Shown piece after piece: positions 9,242 to 17,494 of a stretch of 64,000 nucleotides of DNA. Position numbers and translations under genes: made by a program. Source of the DNA: Nibricoccus sp. (GTDB taxonomy: Bacteria > Verrucomicrobiota > Verrucomicrobiia > Opitutales > Opitutaceae); contig JASGHG010000001.1 of assembly GCA_047602425.1 (NCBI GenBank), positions 4,384,001-4,448,000 on the forward strand. The letters run 5' to 3'. Under the pieces are notes generated by a model. The model had not been told where the DNA came from and ran no database searches. It saw only the letters and a program-made list of their open reading frames with translations. How positions within the stretch are numbered: position 1 is the first letter of the stretch; each line of letters opens with the position of its first letter.

Positions 9242-10687
9242 TTGAAACCGAAACCCACACCCTTCGCCAAAGCCACCGCTCAGCTTGTCCGCTCGCTCGG
9301 CCCTCGCGTTGCCACCTCGGACGACGCGCTTTTCCGCGCCTCATTTGACAGCAGCAAATTGTCCTTCCTGCCCGAGGCGGTGATTTCGCCGAAGAAAAAT
9401 GACGACATCGCCACGACACTCGCGCTCGCCAACCAGCACCGCGTACCCGTCACGGTGCGCGGCGGCGGCACATCGCTTACCGGCTCCGGCTCACCGGTCA
9501 AGGGCGGTTGGGTACTCGATGTTTCGAAGTGGAATAAAATCGAAATCGACGCCGAAGCCGGCATGGCCCACGTGCAAGCCGGCGCGATTGTCGCGCAAAT
9601 CCACGCCGCTGCCGAAGCCGCCGGTTGGTTCTATCCAGCGGATCCGGCTTCGAAACAGTATTGCACCATCGGCGGCAACATCGCTTGCAACGCCGGCGGC
9701 ATGCACGGCGGCAAGTACGGCGTGACCCGCGATTTCGTCCTCGCGCTCAAAGGCTTTCTCCCGACCGGCGAATACGTGGAGTGGGGGCGCCCCACGAAAA
9801 AATTCTCCGCCGGCTTCAACCTCCGCGATCTCTGGATCGGCGCCGAGGGCATGCTCGGCGTCGTCACCGAGGCCACGTTGAAACTCGTCCCGCTGCCGCC
9901 CGCGCGCTGGACGCTCCTCACCGCCTTTGCCGATGAGGTCTCTGCTTTCAAGGCCATCCGCGCGCTCTTCGCCCAGCGCGTGCAACCCGCCATCTGCGAA
10001 TTTCTCGACCGCCATGCCGTGCAATGCGCCGAAGCCAAGACCGGCCAAACCGTTTTCCAGGGCCAAGCCGGCCGCCCGGTCATCCTTCTCGAACTGGCTG
10101 GTACCGCCAACGAACTCGCCGACTTGAAGCCCACCGTACTCGCCTGGGCCGAACAACACGCCATCGCCCACCGCGAAGCCGCCAACCGCGCCGAGGCCGA
10201 GGAACTCTGGACCGTGCGCCGCAAATGCTCGTCCGCCATGTTCGCGCTCGGCGACTCGAAGCTCAACGAGGACATCGTCGTCCCGCTGAAAAACTACGAA
10301 AAGTTCGCCGTCTTCCTCGACAAACTCCGCAAATCTTCACGCCTGCCGATCCCGACCTTCGGCCATCTTGCCGATGGCAACTTGCACGTGAACATCATGT
10401 ATCACCGCGAGAACCGCGCCGAATACCTCCGCGCGGAAAAAGCCGTCGGCCAGCTCATGGCCGGCGTGGTCAAACTCGGCGGCGCCATCTCCGGCGAGCA
10501 CGGCATCGGCCTCGCGAAGACGCCGTTCCTCGCGCTGCAACATTCCCCTGCGCAGATCAAAGCCATGCAGGCCGTGAAACAAGCGCTAGATCCAAACGGA
10601 ATTTTGAACCCGGGCAAAATGTTCACCCTCTTCAAAGTCTGGGAACACCCGCGCCTGAAGATCGAACTGCCGTGGGATCATAAATAG
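9242..10687 (+). CDS. FAD-linked oxidoreductase, GlcD/D-2-hydroxyacid dehydrogenase family
   Basis: RGGGTSLTG, DPAS..CTIGGNIACNAGG..GGKYG, FGHLADGNLH, SGEHGIG, DPNGILNPGK; TTG start uncertain. Confidence 0.88.
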   Translation: MKPKPTPFAKATAQLVRSLGPRVATSDDALFRASFDSSKLSFLPEAVISPKKNDDIATTLALANQHRVPVTVRGGGTSLTGSGSPVKGGWVLDVSKWNKIEIDAEAGMAHVQAGAIVAQIHAAAEAAGWFYPADPASKQYCTIGGNIACNAGGMHGGKYGVTRDFVLALKGFLPTGEYVEWGRPTKKFSAGFNLRDLWIGAEGMLGVVTEATLKLVPLPPARWTLLTAFADEVSAFKAIRALFAQRVQPAICEFLDRHAVQCAEAKTGQTVFQGQAGRPVILLELAGTANELADLKPTVLAWAEQHAIAHREAANRAEAEELWTVRRKCSSAMFALGDSKLNEDIVVPLKNYEKFAVFLDKLRKSSRLPIPTFGHLADGNLHVNIMYHRENRAEYLRAEKAVGQLMAGVVKLGGAISGEHGIGLAKTPFLALQHSPAQIKAMQAVKQALDPNGILNPGKMFTLFKVWEHPRLKIELPWDHK

Positions 10688-10840
10688 TTTTTACCACGGA
10701 TTGCGCGGATACCTCGGTTAAAACCATCTGACTTGGGGCAACGCGCCGTCGTTGCCGTATCCCGTATACGCTTAGCCGTGATCGCGGGTAGGGATGGACC
10801 GCCGGGCCGTCCGCTTCGACCCTGAACCGTTTTAAACCGC
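10682..10840. repeat. Composite repeat (CACGGAT-type units, hairpin, GTAG REP at 10788-10813); degenerate direct copy at 12163-12270
   Basis: AAATAGTTTTTACCACGGATTGCGCGGAT..AAACCATCTG..GGGCAACGCGCCGTCGTTGCCG vs AAATAGTTTTAACCATGGATTGCACGGAT..AAACCATCTG..GGGCGACGCGCTGTCGTCGCCG. Confidence 0.7.
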
Positions 10841-10903
10841 TTATGCACACTGATGAGCAGGTCGTCGCGATCGCTTCGAACTCCGATGTACGGGGCCTTA
10901 CAC

Positions 10904-10942
10904 GCAAAAATCCCGCATCGCTGAAGATGACGGGTTTTTTGC
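10904..10942. terminator. Bidirectional-type terminator
   Basis: GCAAAAATCCCGCATC-GCTGAA-GATGACGGGTTTTTTGC. Confidence 0.6.
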
Positions 10943-11333
10943 TTGGAAAAAAATAGGTCCCACCGCGGTAGTGGAGAATTTATTCGAGTTTTATTTCAAA
11001 CATTTCCTCTCGTACTGCAGCGCTCGATCATCTTGCTGTTTAGGGCTAGATAAGTTGCGCGTTTTTTGGTGGGACGCCCGCACTATAGCTCAAGGAGAAC
11101 GAACCTGCCATCGGACCTTTTGCATAACGCGTTATAGGAAAATTTCTGAACGCCAACTGGCGCGATCCGCGGGTAAGAGCATTGTGCAATGTGCAAAATT
11201 TGACTCTGTTTCAGGCTCCCGCTCCTACAGCTTCTCCGAAGGTGGCGCGCGTTGACCTCAACGCGTGGGTTCGAACAACTCAACATTCGCGGAAAGGGCA
11301 GTTGCTCTGGGCCGTCGTGTTGTCCGCCGGCGC

Positions 11334-11543
11334 TTACTGCGTTTTATATTTCCCCGAATCTTCGGCCACCGACAAATCCTGCCGCGTGGTCTTTTGCGCC
11401 TGAGCGGTGGCTTGTTTCAACCTCAGGCCGAGTTCGTGCAACTCCAGCGCCCGTAAGATCCGCTGACCGGGGGTGAGCTTGAGCATAGCTTCGCGGGAGG
11501 CTCTTGCCGCAGCTTCGAAGTCGTGCTTTTCGGACGGATTCAT
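11334..11543 (-). CDS. Small hypothetical protein, putative partner of the adjacent nucleotidyltransferase
   Basis: MNPSEKHDFEAAARASREAMLKLTPGQRILRALEL...; starts 10 bp after the NTase stop; LTPxQR pattern. Confidence 0.55.
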   Translation of the reverse strand: MNPSEKHDFEAAARASREAMLKLTPGQRILRALELHELGLRLKQATAQAQKTTRQDLSVAEDSGKYKTQ

Positions 11544-11553
11544 AGAGCGTGTT

Positions 11554-12066
11554 TCAAGAAACACCAGACGCATCGGGGTGCAACTCCCTCAGTACCCGTA
11601 TATCTTCCTGATCCTTGGGACGGCCAGCATCCTTTTTCATCGCGAGCAAGAGGTCCAACGGCACGACAGGCACCACTACACCGGTAAACAACTCTGCCTT
11701 GGCCGCTTTTTCGTAGGCTGGTTCGAAAGCGAATGGTTCGGTTACAAAAAGATCGACAGGAATATCAAGAGGGTCACCGGTGCGCATTTGAAAAACGAGC
11801 ATGCCCTTCTCTTCGATCCAGCGTTTCCGTATACCGGCTTCTGCATAGTCAGCGGCGTTTACCGGAACTGCCGGTTTATAGCCGAGTGCGACCAACGACT
11901 GAATGGCATTGAGCGCATTCTCGCGCTCCAACGCGACGACAAGATCAATGTCATTGGTTGCCCGGCTATGTCCGTGCGCGGCCACAGCCAAACCGCCCAC
12001 CAGCAGATAACGAACGTCGTGTTGGTTGAGGCTAGCAAAAACACTTTTGACCGTATCGAGAAACAT
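11554..12066 (-). CDS. Nucleotidyltransferase (DUF6036/AbiEii-like superfamily)
   Basis: YLLVGGLAVAAHGHSRATNDIDL and C-terminal LLAMKKDAGRPKDQEDI motifs. Confidence 0.8.
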   Translation of the reverse strand: MFLDTVKSVFASLNQHDVRYLLVGGLAVAAHGHSRATNDIDLVVALERENALNAIQSLVALGYKPAVPVNAADYAEAGIRKRWIEEKGMLVFQMRTGDPLDIPVDLFVTEPFAFEPAYEKAAKAELFTGVVVPVVPLDLLLAMKKDAGRPKDQEDIRVLRELHPDASGVS

Positions 12067-12402
12067 GGGACGCGCAGTGCGAAGCGTCGGAGAAAACCAG
12101 CGAAAAGCAATCAGGCATTCCGAGTCGCACCCGCGTTTGATGCTAGCATGGCCGCGGGACCAAAATAGTTTTAACCATGGATTGCACGGATTTCACGGAC
12201 GAAACCATCTGGCATGGAGGGCGACGCGCTGTCGTCGCCGGTTCGACCCAAAACCGTCTTTAACCGCAAATTAAATAATCGACGCAAATTCCGAAGGTGG
12301 CACGCGACGTCCTCGGCGCGTGGGTTTGAGCGGCTCGCGGTCCGCGGGTAGGGTGGCTTCGGAGCAACCGCTGCGGTAGCAACGTGCAAAAGTTGATCCG
12401 TC

Positions 12403-13296
12403 TCAGGCTTCCTCCCTAGGCTGCGCAAATTTGAATGCATGTGGTTGCCTAAGGAGGGGGGTACTGGCTGGCGCCGGGCCAGTCTGCGGAGAGGACTTTT
12501 CAGGTTGGCTGTTCGTAGGAAATGATCCGAGAAGCCATCCGGCGATGCGGTGGGCCGCACGCCAGATAATCCATCCAAGCAGCAAATTCAAAAGCAGCAA
12601 AACTGCGGTCGAAAGCATTCCCGTAAGGCTGGCACTGCTTGTATTGGGGATGTTCGCCGATCTCTGGTACATCGAGAGGTACGTCGCGAGGTGGCCGAGA
12701 CCAAAGATGCCGGAGAGAATATACGAAAGAGCAAAGAGCCGGATTATCGCTGCGACGATTCGCATGGTTTCAATCGGTTGTGCGGTCTTTTGTCGTGAAG
12801 TTCGTTTGAAACTGACGACAAGCGCGCCGAGCGCGAAAAGACAGCTGGTAACCGACACTCCGATCACGGCCCATGCCATTCCGTTGATCCTGGATGGAGC
12901 TGGCTGCTTTGCGACGGGTGTTGGTGTTTCTGGTTGTGGTGAGGTGACGGGAGCTGGTTCGTTGGAAGGTGGAAGCGGGCGTTCCGGCGCGGTGTCATAG
13001 ATCTTGATGATGCCGTTTTCTTCCCGCCACGCGAAGCCCACGGGTTTTAAGACAAGGTCGTAGATTTGCTTCCACGAGCAATGCATGACCTTGATGCTTG
13101 TTCTCCCAGGAAGGTTTGCGGGGATGACGACGTTGAGCTCGAAGAGGTCTGCGATATTACGGAGAATTACTACACGTGATTCGTCCGGGAAATCGACGCT
13201 GACCGTGTCATCGGCAGCTTTCGCATGAAGCGATAGGGCGAGCAGTAGGGCAAGGCAGACGAAGCTGCGTTTTAGGATGAGCAACATGGTGGTCAT
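12403..13296 (-). CDS. Membrane protein with signal peptide, secretin N0/STN-like domain, Pro-rich linker and about 3 TM helices
   Basis: VSVDFPDESRVVILRNIADLFELNVVIP..LPGRTSIK...WKQIYDLVLKPVGF....NGIIKI resembles PilQ/GspD N0; hydrophobic segments follow. Confidence 0.65.
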   Translation of the reverse strand: MTTMLLILKRSFVCLALLLALSLHAKAADDTVSVDFPDESRVVILRNIADLFELNVVIPANLPGRTSIKVMHCSWKQIYDLVLKPVGFAWREENGIIKIYDTAPERPLPPSNEPAPVTSPQPETPTPVAKQPAPSRINGMAWAVIGVSVTSCLFALGALVVSFKRTSRQKTAQPIETMRIVAAIIRLFALSYILSGIFGLGHLATYLSMYQRSANIPNTSSASLTGMLSTAVLLLLNLLLGWIIWRAAHRIAGWLLGSFPTNSQPEKSSPQTGPAPASTPLLRQPHAFKFAQPREEA

Positions 13297-13537
13297 TGTG
13301 CAGGGGTTAACGCGGTCGCGAAGCTGGTGCTGGTTTTCCCGCTTAGTCGTTGAAGCTGGCCTCCACGGGATGGGCGTTGGTTCTAAGCGGTGGGACGGGA
13401 AGTTCAAGGCGGTTCTTGGCGGAACGGTGCAGTTGAGGTGGAGCGCATTGACCCCAATGCGCTGGTTTGGGCGCGACGTCGGCATACGTGTTGCGCCATT
13501 TCGACAGGCTCAAATCGAAACGGCGGGCACGGCGGTC

Positions 13538-13834
13538 CGCCTTTCAGCGTCGAGGTGCTACCCCAAAGGCTGCGTGCGGCTACCTCGGGGCTTGGCGGTT
13601 TGAGCTCGGAGGGCGGGCGGCCGAGTTCGGAGGTTTCTCCGTCCACCTTTCGTGGTGCATGGGCGGAGCTTTGAGGTAGGAGCTCCGGGCTTGAAGGTGG
13701 ACGGTTGGACCTTTCAGGGTTGGTCGGCCGAGCTTGGAGGTGGGTCGATGGAGCTCGAAGGCTTGCGCGCCGAGCTTTGAGGTAGCCCGGGGTACCCTAA
13801 AGCTCGGCTGAGATACCTCAAAGGTACCCCGGCC
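13538..13834. repeat. Degenerate 21-bp-period tandem array, about 14 units
   Basis: Cores GAGCTCGGAGG/GAGTTCGGAGG/GAGCTTTGAGG/TACCTCAAAGG etc. at 13560, 13581, 13602, 13623, 13644, 13666, 13687, 13708, 13730, 13751, 13772, 13793, 13814. Confidence 0.75.
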
Positions 13835-13878
13835 CATGTCGTGGTAGGTGGGGCTATCGCTTTGGTACGTGGGTTCTT

Positions 13879-13967
13879 AGGTAGGGACTGCCAGCCTTGG
13901 CCGTCCGCGGTTGTTCAGGTCAGTTGCAAGAGACATTGACGGTCGGCCCGGCGGTCCAACCCTACCT
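13879..13967. repeat. REPIN: inverted GTAG-type REP doublet of the family flanking the RAYT at 61.4 kb
   Basis: AGGTAGGGACTGCCAGCCTTGGCCGTCCG ... GACGGTCGGCCCGGCGGTCCAACCCTACCT. Confidence 0.85.
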
Positions 13968-14024
13968 ATGGATGTTGATAAAAGACATCCGTCCCGGGCC
14001 CTTGCGAGCACGGTTGCACGCTGG

Positions 14025-15005
14025 TCACCGGTATTGTTGCGTCAGGCGTCGGACGGCGGCCTTGATGCTTTTGCGGAGCTCGGCGGGGGCGAGGACTTCG
14101 GCGTCGGAGCCCCAGCTCAGTATCCAACTTTCAACTTCAGGGAGCGCGCCGAGTTTCATGCTGAGTTCGACGCCGCCGTTGGGCAATTCGAGGAGGGCTT
14201 GCGAATCGTGCCAGACACGCTCACGCACGCGGTCGGCGACTTTGGCGGTGAAACGCACGCGCACCTGGTAGTTGCCGCTGCCGCCGAGCACGCCGAGGGC
14301 ATTGGAGAAAAAGTTTTCGGGCGAAAAATCCTGGGGACGGGAGAACGTCGTCTTCGTGGTGCGAACGTCCGCGATGCGGGGCAGGGCGAAGGTGCGCAGG
14401 GCCTTGCGTTCGACGTCGTGGCCGACCAGGTACCAGAGATTTTGGCGGTGAGATAAATGGTAAGGTTGAACCGAGCGGCGCGACGCGCGGGCATCGCCGG
14501 GCTTGCGATAGTCGAAGGTGACTTCCAGTTGCTTGAGCACGGCGGTGCTGAGGGTGTTGAAGACGACGAGATCGGCTTTGCCGAGGCCCATGTTTTTGAA
14601 CGATACGGCGCTGAGTTCCTCGGCGGGCGAAAAGGAAATGCGATCCTTGAGTCCTTCAGTGAGTTTATCGAAGGCGATTTCAAGCTGCCGGTGAAAGGGT
14701 GTGCCTTGATATTGCTCGACAGCGCGTCGCGCGACGAGCAACGCCATGAGTTCGCCCTCGGTGACTTCCACGGTGGGAAACGAACTCACCGGGTGCGTGT
14801 AGCGGTAGGCGTTGAGCTGCGCGTCGAATTCGATCGGGAGGTCGAGCTGGTCGCGCATATAGGCGATGTCGCGAACAACGGTTTTGCGCGAAACTTCGAG
14901 GTCGTGCATGAGCTGCGTGCAGTTGGTCATGGCTCCGCGCCGCAGGTCCTCGTGGATGCGCAGCATGCGTTCTAGAGGGGGCCGGGAGCGTCCGCGTGTG
15001 ATCAT
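14025..15005 (-). CDS. HTH-WYL-WCX transcriptional regulator (PafB/DriD-like)
   Basis: N-terminal HTH LEVSRKTVVRDIAYMRD, RSVQPYHL...WYLVGHD...RTFALPRI, C-terminal WILSWGSDAEVLAPAELR. Confidence 0.92.
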   Translation of the reverse strand: MITRGRSRPPLERMLRIHEDLRRGAMTNCTQLMHDLEVSRKTVVRDIAYMRDQLDLPIEFDAQLNAYRYTHPVSSFPTVEVTEGELMALLVARRAVEQYQGTPFHRQLEIAFDKLTEGLKDRISFSPAEELSAVSFKNMGLGKADLVVFNTLSTAVLKQLEVTFDYRKPGDARASRRSVQPYHLSHRQNLWYLVGHDVERKALRTFALPRIADVRTTKTTFSRPQDFSPENFFSNALGVLGGSGNYQVRVRFTAKVADRVRERVWHDSQALLELPNGGVELSMKLGALPEVESWILSWGSDAEVLAPAELRKSIKAAVRRLTQQYR

Positions 15006-15026
15006 AAAATAATTTCAGTTTTTTTT

Positions 15027-15065
15027 AGGGTGGGACAGCTAGTGACCCACCCTGGGTGGTATTGT
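15027..15065 (+). promoter_or_regulatory. Palindromic operator plus -10-like hexamer between the WYL gene and the divergent gene
   Basis: AGGGTGGGACA-GCTAG-TGACCCACCCT (15027-15053), TATTGT at 15060-15065, ATG at 15072. Confidence 0.7.
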
Positions 15066-15071
15066 CAACGC

Positions 15072-15698
15072 ATGAACATGAATACCACCTCCAAAAAACT
15101 GCTCACCCGCTCGATCGAAATCATCTGGTCTCACTATGGCGAACGCTACCGCGTCGACAGCGATATGAAATTTTACCGCGAAAGCGACGAGGGCTGGGTC
15201 AACTGGCAGCCCGATCCCTCGACGGCGATCTTCTCCTCGGCGGCCGACGGCATCTCGGAAACGCGCTGGTCGGCTTTCCTCGAATTCGTTCCGACGGCGG
15301 AGCGGCGGCTGCTCGAAATGTTCGACGTGGGCCGCGCCGGCGTGCTGGCGGTGGTGGCGCTTTGCCCGGGGCTGGTGGCGGATTTGCTGGCGACGCCGGC
15401 ACTTGCGCCCTTCGTGGCCGAACATGCGCGGTTGCGCGGGACCGAAACGCGTTGGGAAGAAATCGCGGCAGTGCACAGTCGCGGTGGCGTTTACGCGCTG
15501 CTCGAATGGCTCGGTCTGCCGGCCTCGCGTCAGACGTTGACGATCTTGCAGAAGATTGCCGAACCCGATCTCGCGCGCCGTTTGCTCGAACCGATCCGCG
15601 CGTCGCTGTGGGAGCCGGAGACAATTTGGTTCCTCCAGCACACGCCTACGCTGACCGAACGCGCGCTCACGCACCACTGCGATTGCGTGGCGGCGTGA
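15072..15698 (+). CDS. Hypothetical protein divergent from the WYL regulator
   Basis: 208-aa ORF with protein-like composition filling the gap between the WYL gene and atzF. Confidence 0.7.
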   Translation: MNMNTTSKKLLTRSIEIIWSHYGERYRVDSDMKFYRESDEGWVNWQPDPSTAIFSSAADGISETRWSAFLEFVPTAERRLLEMFDVGRAGVLAVVALCPGLVADLLATPALAPFVAEHARLRGTETRWEEIAAVHSRGGVYALLEWLGLPASRQTLTILQKIAEPDLARRLLEPIRASLWEPETIWFLQHTPTLTERALTHHCDCVAA

Positions 15699-15707
15699 GC
15701 GATTTCC

Positions 15708-17399
15708 TCAACGTGCAGCGAGGAATGCCCGCCAGCCGCCGAACGAGGTGACGTCGCGAGCGTTTGCCACGGCGGCGGCTTCGCAGAGGAAACTCTGCAC
15801 GGTCGAGCCGTCGTCGAGCGTGACGGTGCCGATGCCAAGCGGACTCGGAATGTTGGAAACGAAATGGCCGTAACCCGCGACGGGGACGTTCCAGACTTCG
15901 ACTTCAATGGGCGCGCCGCCTTCGACGACCCGGATCAGTCCGGGTTTGGGCGGCGTGGTGCCGGGCAGGGCGAAGAGTTTGTAGGTGGGAGCCGTTTTGG
16001 TCGCGCGGTCGAGGGTCGCGCCGAGCTGGGTGAGTTGCCAGTTGAGCGGGAGTCCGCTGAGGTGCGCGCCGCAGACGGCAAGTTTAATCGTGCGGCCGGC
16101 AGATGGCAGGGAGCGTTGCGGCGCGGTTTCGCCGAGAAATTTTGCGCCGAGGCGGAGCACGCGATCATCGCAAAATGCGGGAGCGACGAGCGTAACGCCC
16201 CAAGGCATTTTGTTTGGCAAAAAGCCCACGGGAACGGCGACGGCACAGAGATCGAATAGGTTCAGGTAATTAGTATAGGTGCCGAGGTTCGAATTGAGAC
16301 GGATGGGATCGGACTCGACTTCGGCGACGGTGTAGACCGTGCCCGTGGTGGGCGTGAGCAATACGTCGATGTCGGCCCAAACGGCCTCGGCTTGGCGGCG
16401 GAGCGCAGCGAGTTTGTAGGCGGCCTCGAAGGCGGACGTGGCAGTGAGGGCGCGCGCGCTTTCGATGATCTGGCGCGTGACGGGATGCAGCGCGGCGGGT
16501 TGGCTCTCGATGAAAGGGCGGATGGCCGCATAACGCTCGGCGACCCACGGTCCCTCGTAGAGCAAGCGGGCCGCGGCGAGAAACGGCGTGAAGTCGATTT
16601 CGACGATTTTGGCGCCGAGCGAACGCCAGCGCGCGATGGCGGTGGCAAAAAGTTCGGCGGCGGCGGCGTTGCCGAAAAATTCGAGTTGGTCGGCGCGCGG
16701 CACGCCGATGCGAGGCGGCCAGACTTCATCGATCACCGGCGGAGTGGCGGGGCGGCTGTATGGATCTTCCGGATCGTAGGCGGCAGCGACGGAGAGAATT
16801 TCGGCGGCGTCGGAAATTGTGCGTGTGAAGATGGAAACGCAGTCGAGTGTGCGGCAGGCTGGAACCACGCCGCGGGTGCTGAGGAGGCCGCGCGTGGGTT
16901 TGAGGCCAACGAGGTTGTTGAAGGCGGCGGGAACGCGACCGGAACCGGCCGTGTCGGTGCCGAGGGCAAAATCGCATAAACCAGCCGCCACCGCCACGGC
17001 GGAGCCGGAGCTGGAGCCGCCGGGGATGTAAGCTGAGTTGAACGGATTTACGGGCACGCCATACGGTGAGCGCACGCCGACGAGGCCGGTGGCAAATTGG
17101 TCGAGATTGGTTTTGCCGAGGGGAATCGCTCCGGCATTGACGAGCCGTTGCACGACAGGAGCGGAAGTGGAGGGCGTGTACGCGAAATCGGGGCAGGCGG
17201 CGGTGGTGGGCACGCCAGCGAAGTCGATATTGTCCTTGATCGCAAACGTCAGACCGCGCAGTGGAGCGGGACCGAAAAGTTTGGCCGCGGCATCGGCGAG
17301 TCCGAGCACGTGCTCGCGGCACAGGCGCGAAATCCAGACGGGGTCCTTTCCGCGGGCGTCGAGGCGGGCGAGAGTTTCGGCGATGGGTGAAGGGGCCAT
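15708..17399 (-). CDS. atzF: Allophanate hydrolase
   Basis: AIKDNID, GKTNLDQFATGLVGVRSPYG, GGSSSGS, GTDTAGSGRVPA, C-terminal AVCGAHLSGLPLN. Confidence 0.95.
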   Translation of the reverse strand: MAPSPIAETLARLDARGKDPVWISRLCREHVLGLADAAAKLFGPAPLRGLTFAIKDNIDFAGVPTTAACPDFAYTPSTSAPVVQRLVNAGAIPLGKTNLDQFATGLVGVRSPYGVPVNPFNSAYIPGGSSSGSAVAVAAGLCDFALGTDTAGSGRVPAAFNNLVGLKPTRGLLSTRGVVPACRTLDCVSIFTRTISDAAEILSVAAAYDPEDPYSRPATPPVIDEVWPPRIGVPRADQLEFFGNAAAAELFATAIARWRSLGAKIVEIDFTPFLAAARLLYEGPWVAERYAAIRPFIESQPAALHPVTRQIIESARALTATSAFEAAYKLAALRRQAEAVWADIDVLLTPTTGTVYTVAEVESDPIRLNSNLGTYTNYLNLFDLCAVAVPVGFLPNKMPWGVTLVAPAFCDDRVLRLGAKFLGETAPQRSLPSAGRTIKLAVCGAHLSGLPLNWQLTQLGATLDRATKTAPTYKLFALPGTTPPKPGLIRVVEGGAPIEVEVWNVPVAGYGHFVSNIPSPLGIGTVTLDDGSTVQSFLCEAAAVANARDVTSFGGWRAFLAAR

Positions 17400-17410
17400 G
17401 CGGGAGGAAG

Positions 17411-17494
17411 ATTAGTAATTTGTAGTTGGTAGTTTGTAGTTGGTTTTTGACGAAGGGCAGCTTTGACGAACTACTAATTTCAAACTGCCAATTA
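17411..17494. repeat. Inverted heptamer (GTAGTTG/GTAGTTT) repeat hairpin between uca and atzF
   Basis: GTAATTT GTAGTTG GTAGTTT GTAGTTG ... AACTACT AATTTCA AACTGCC AATTAC. Confidence 0.75.
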
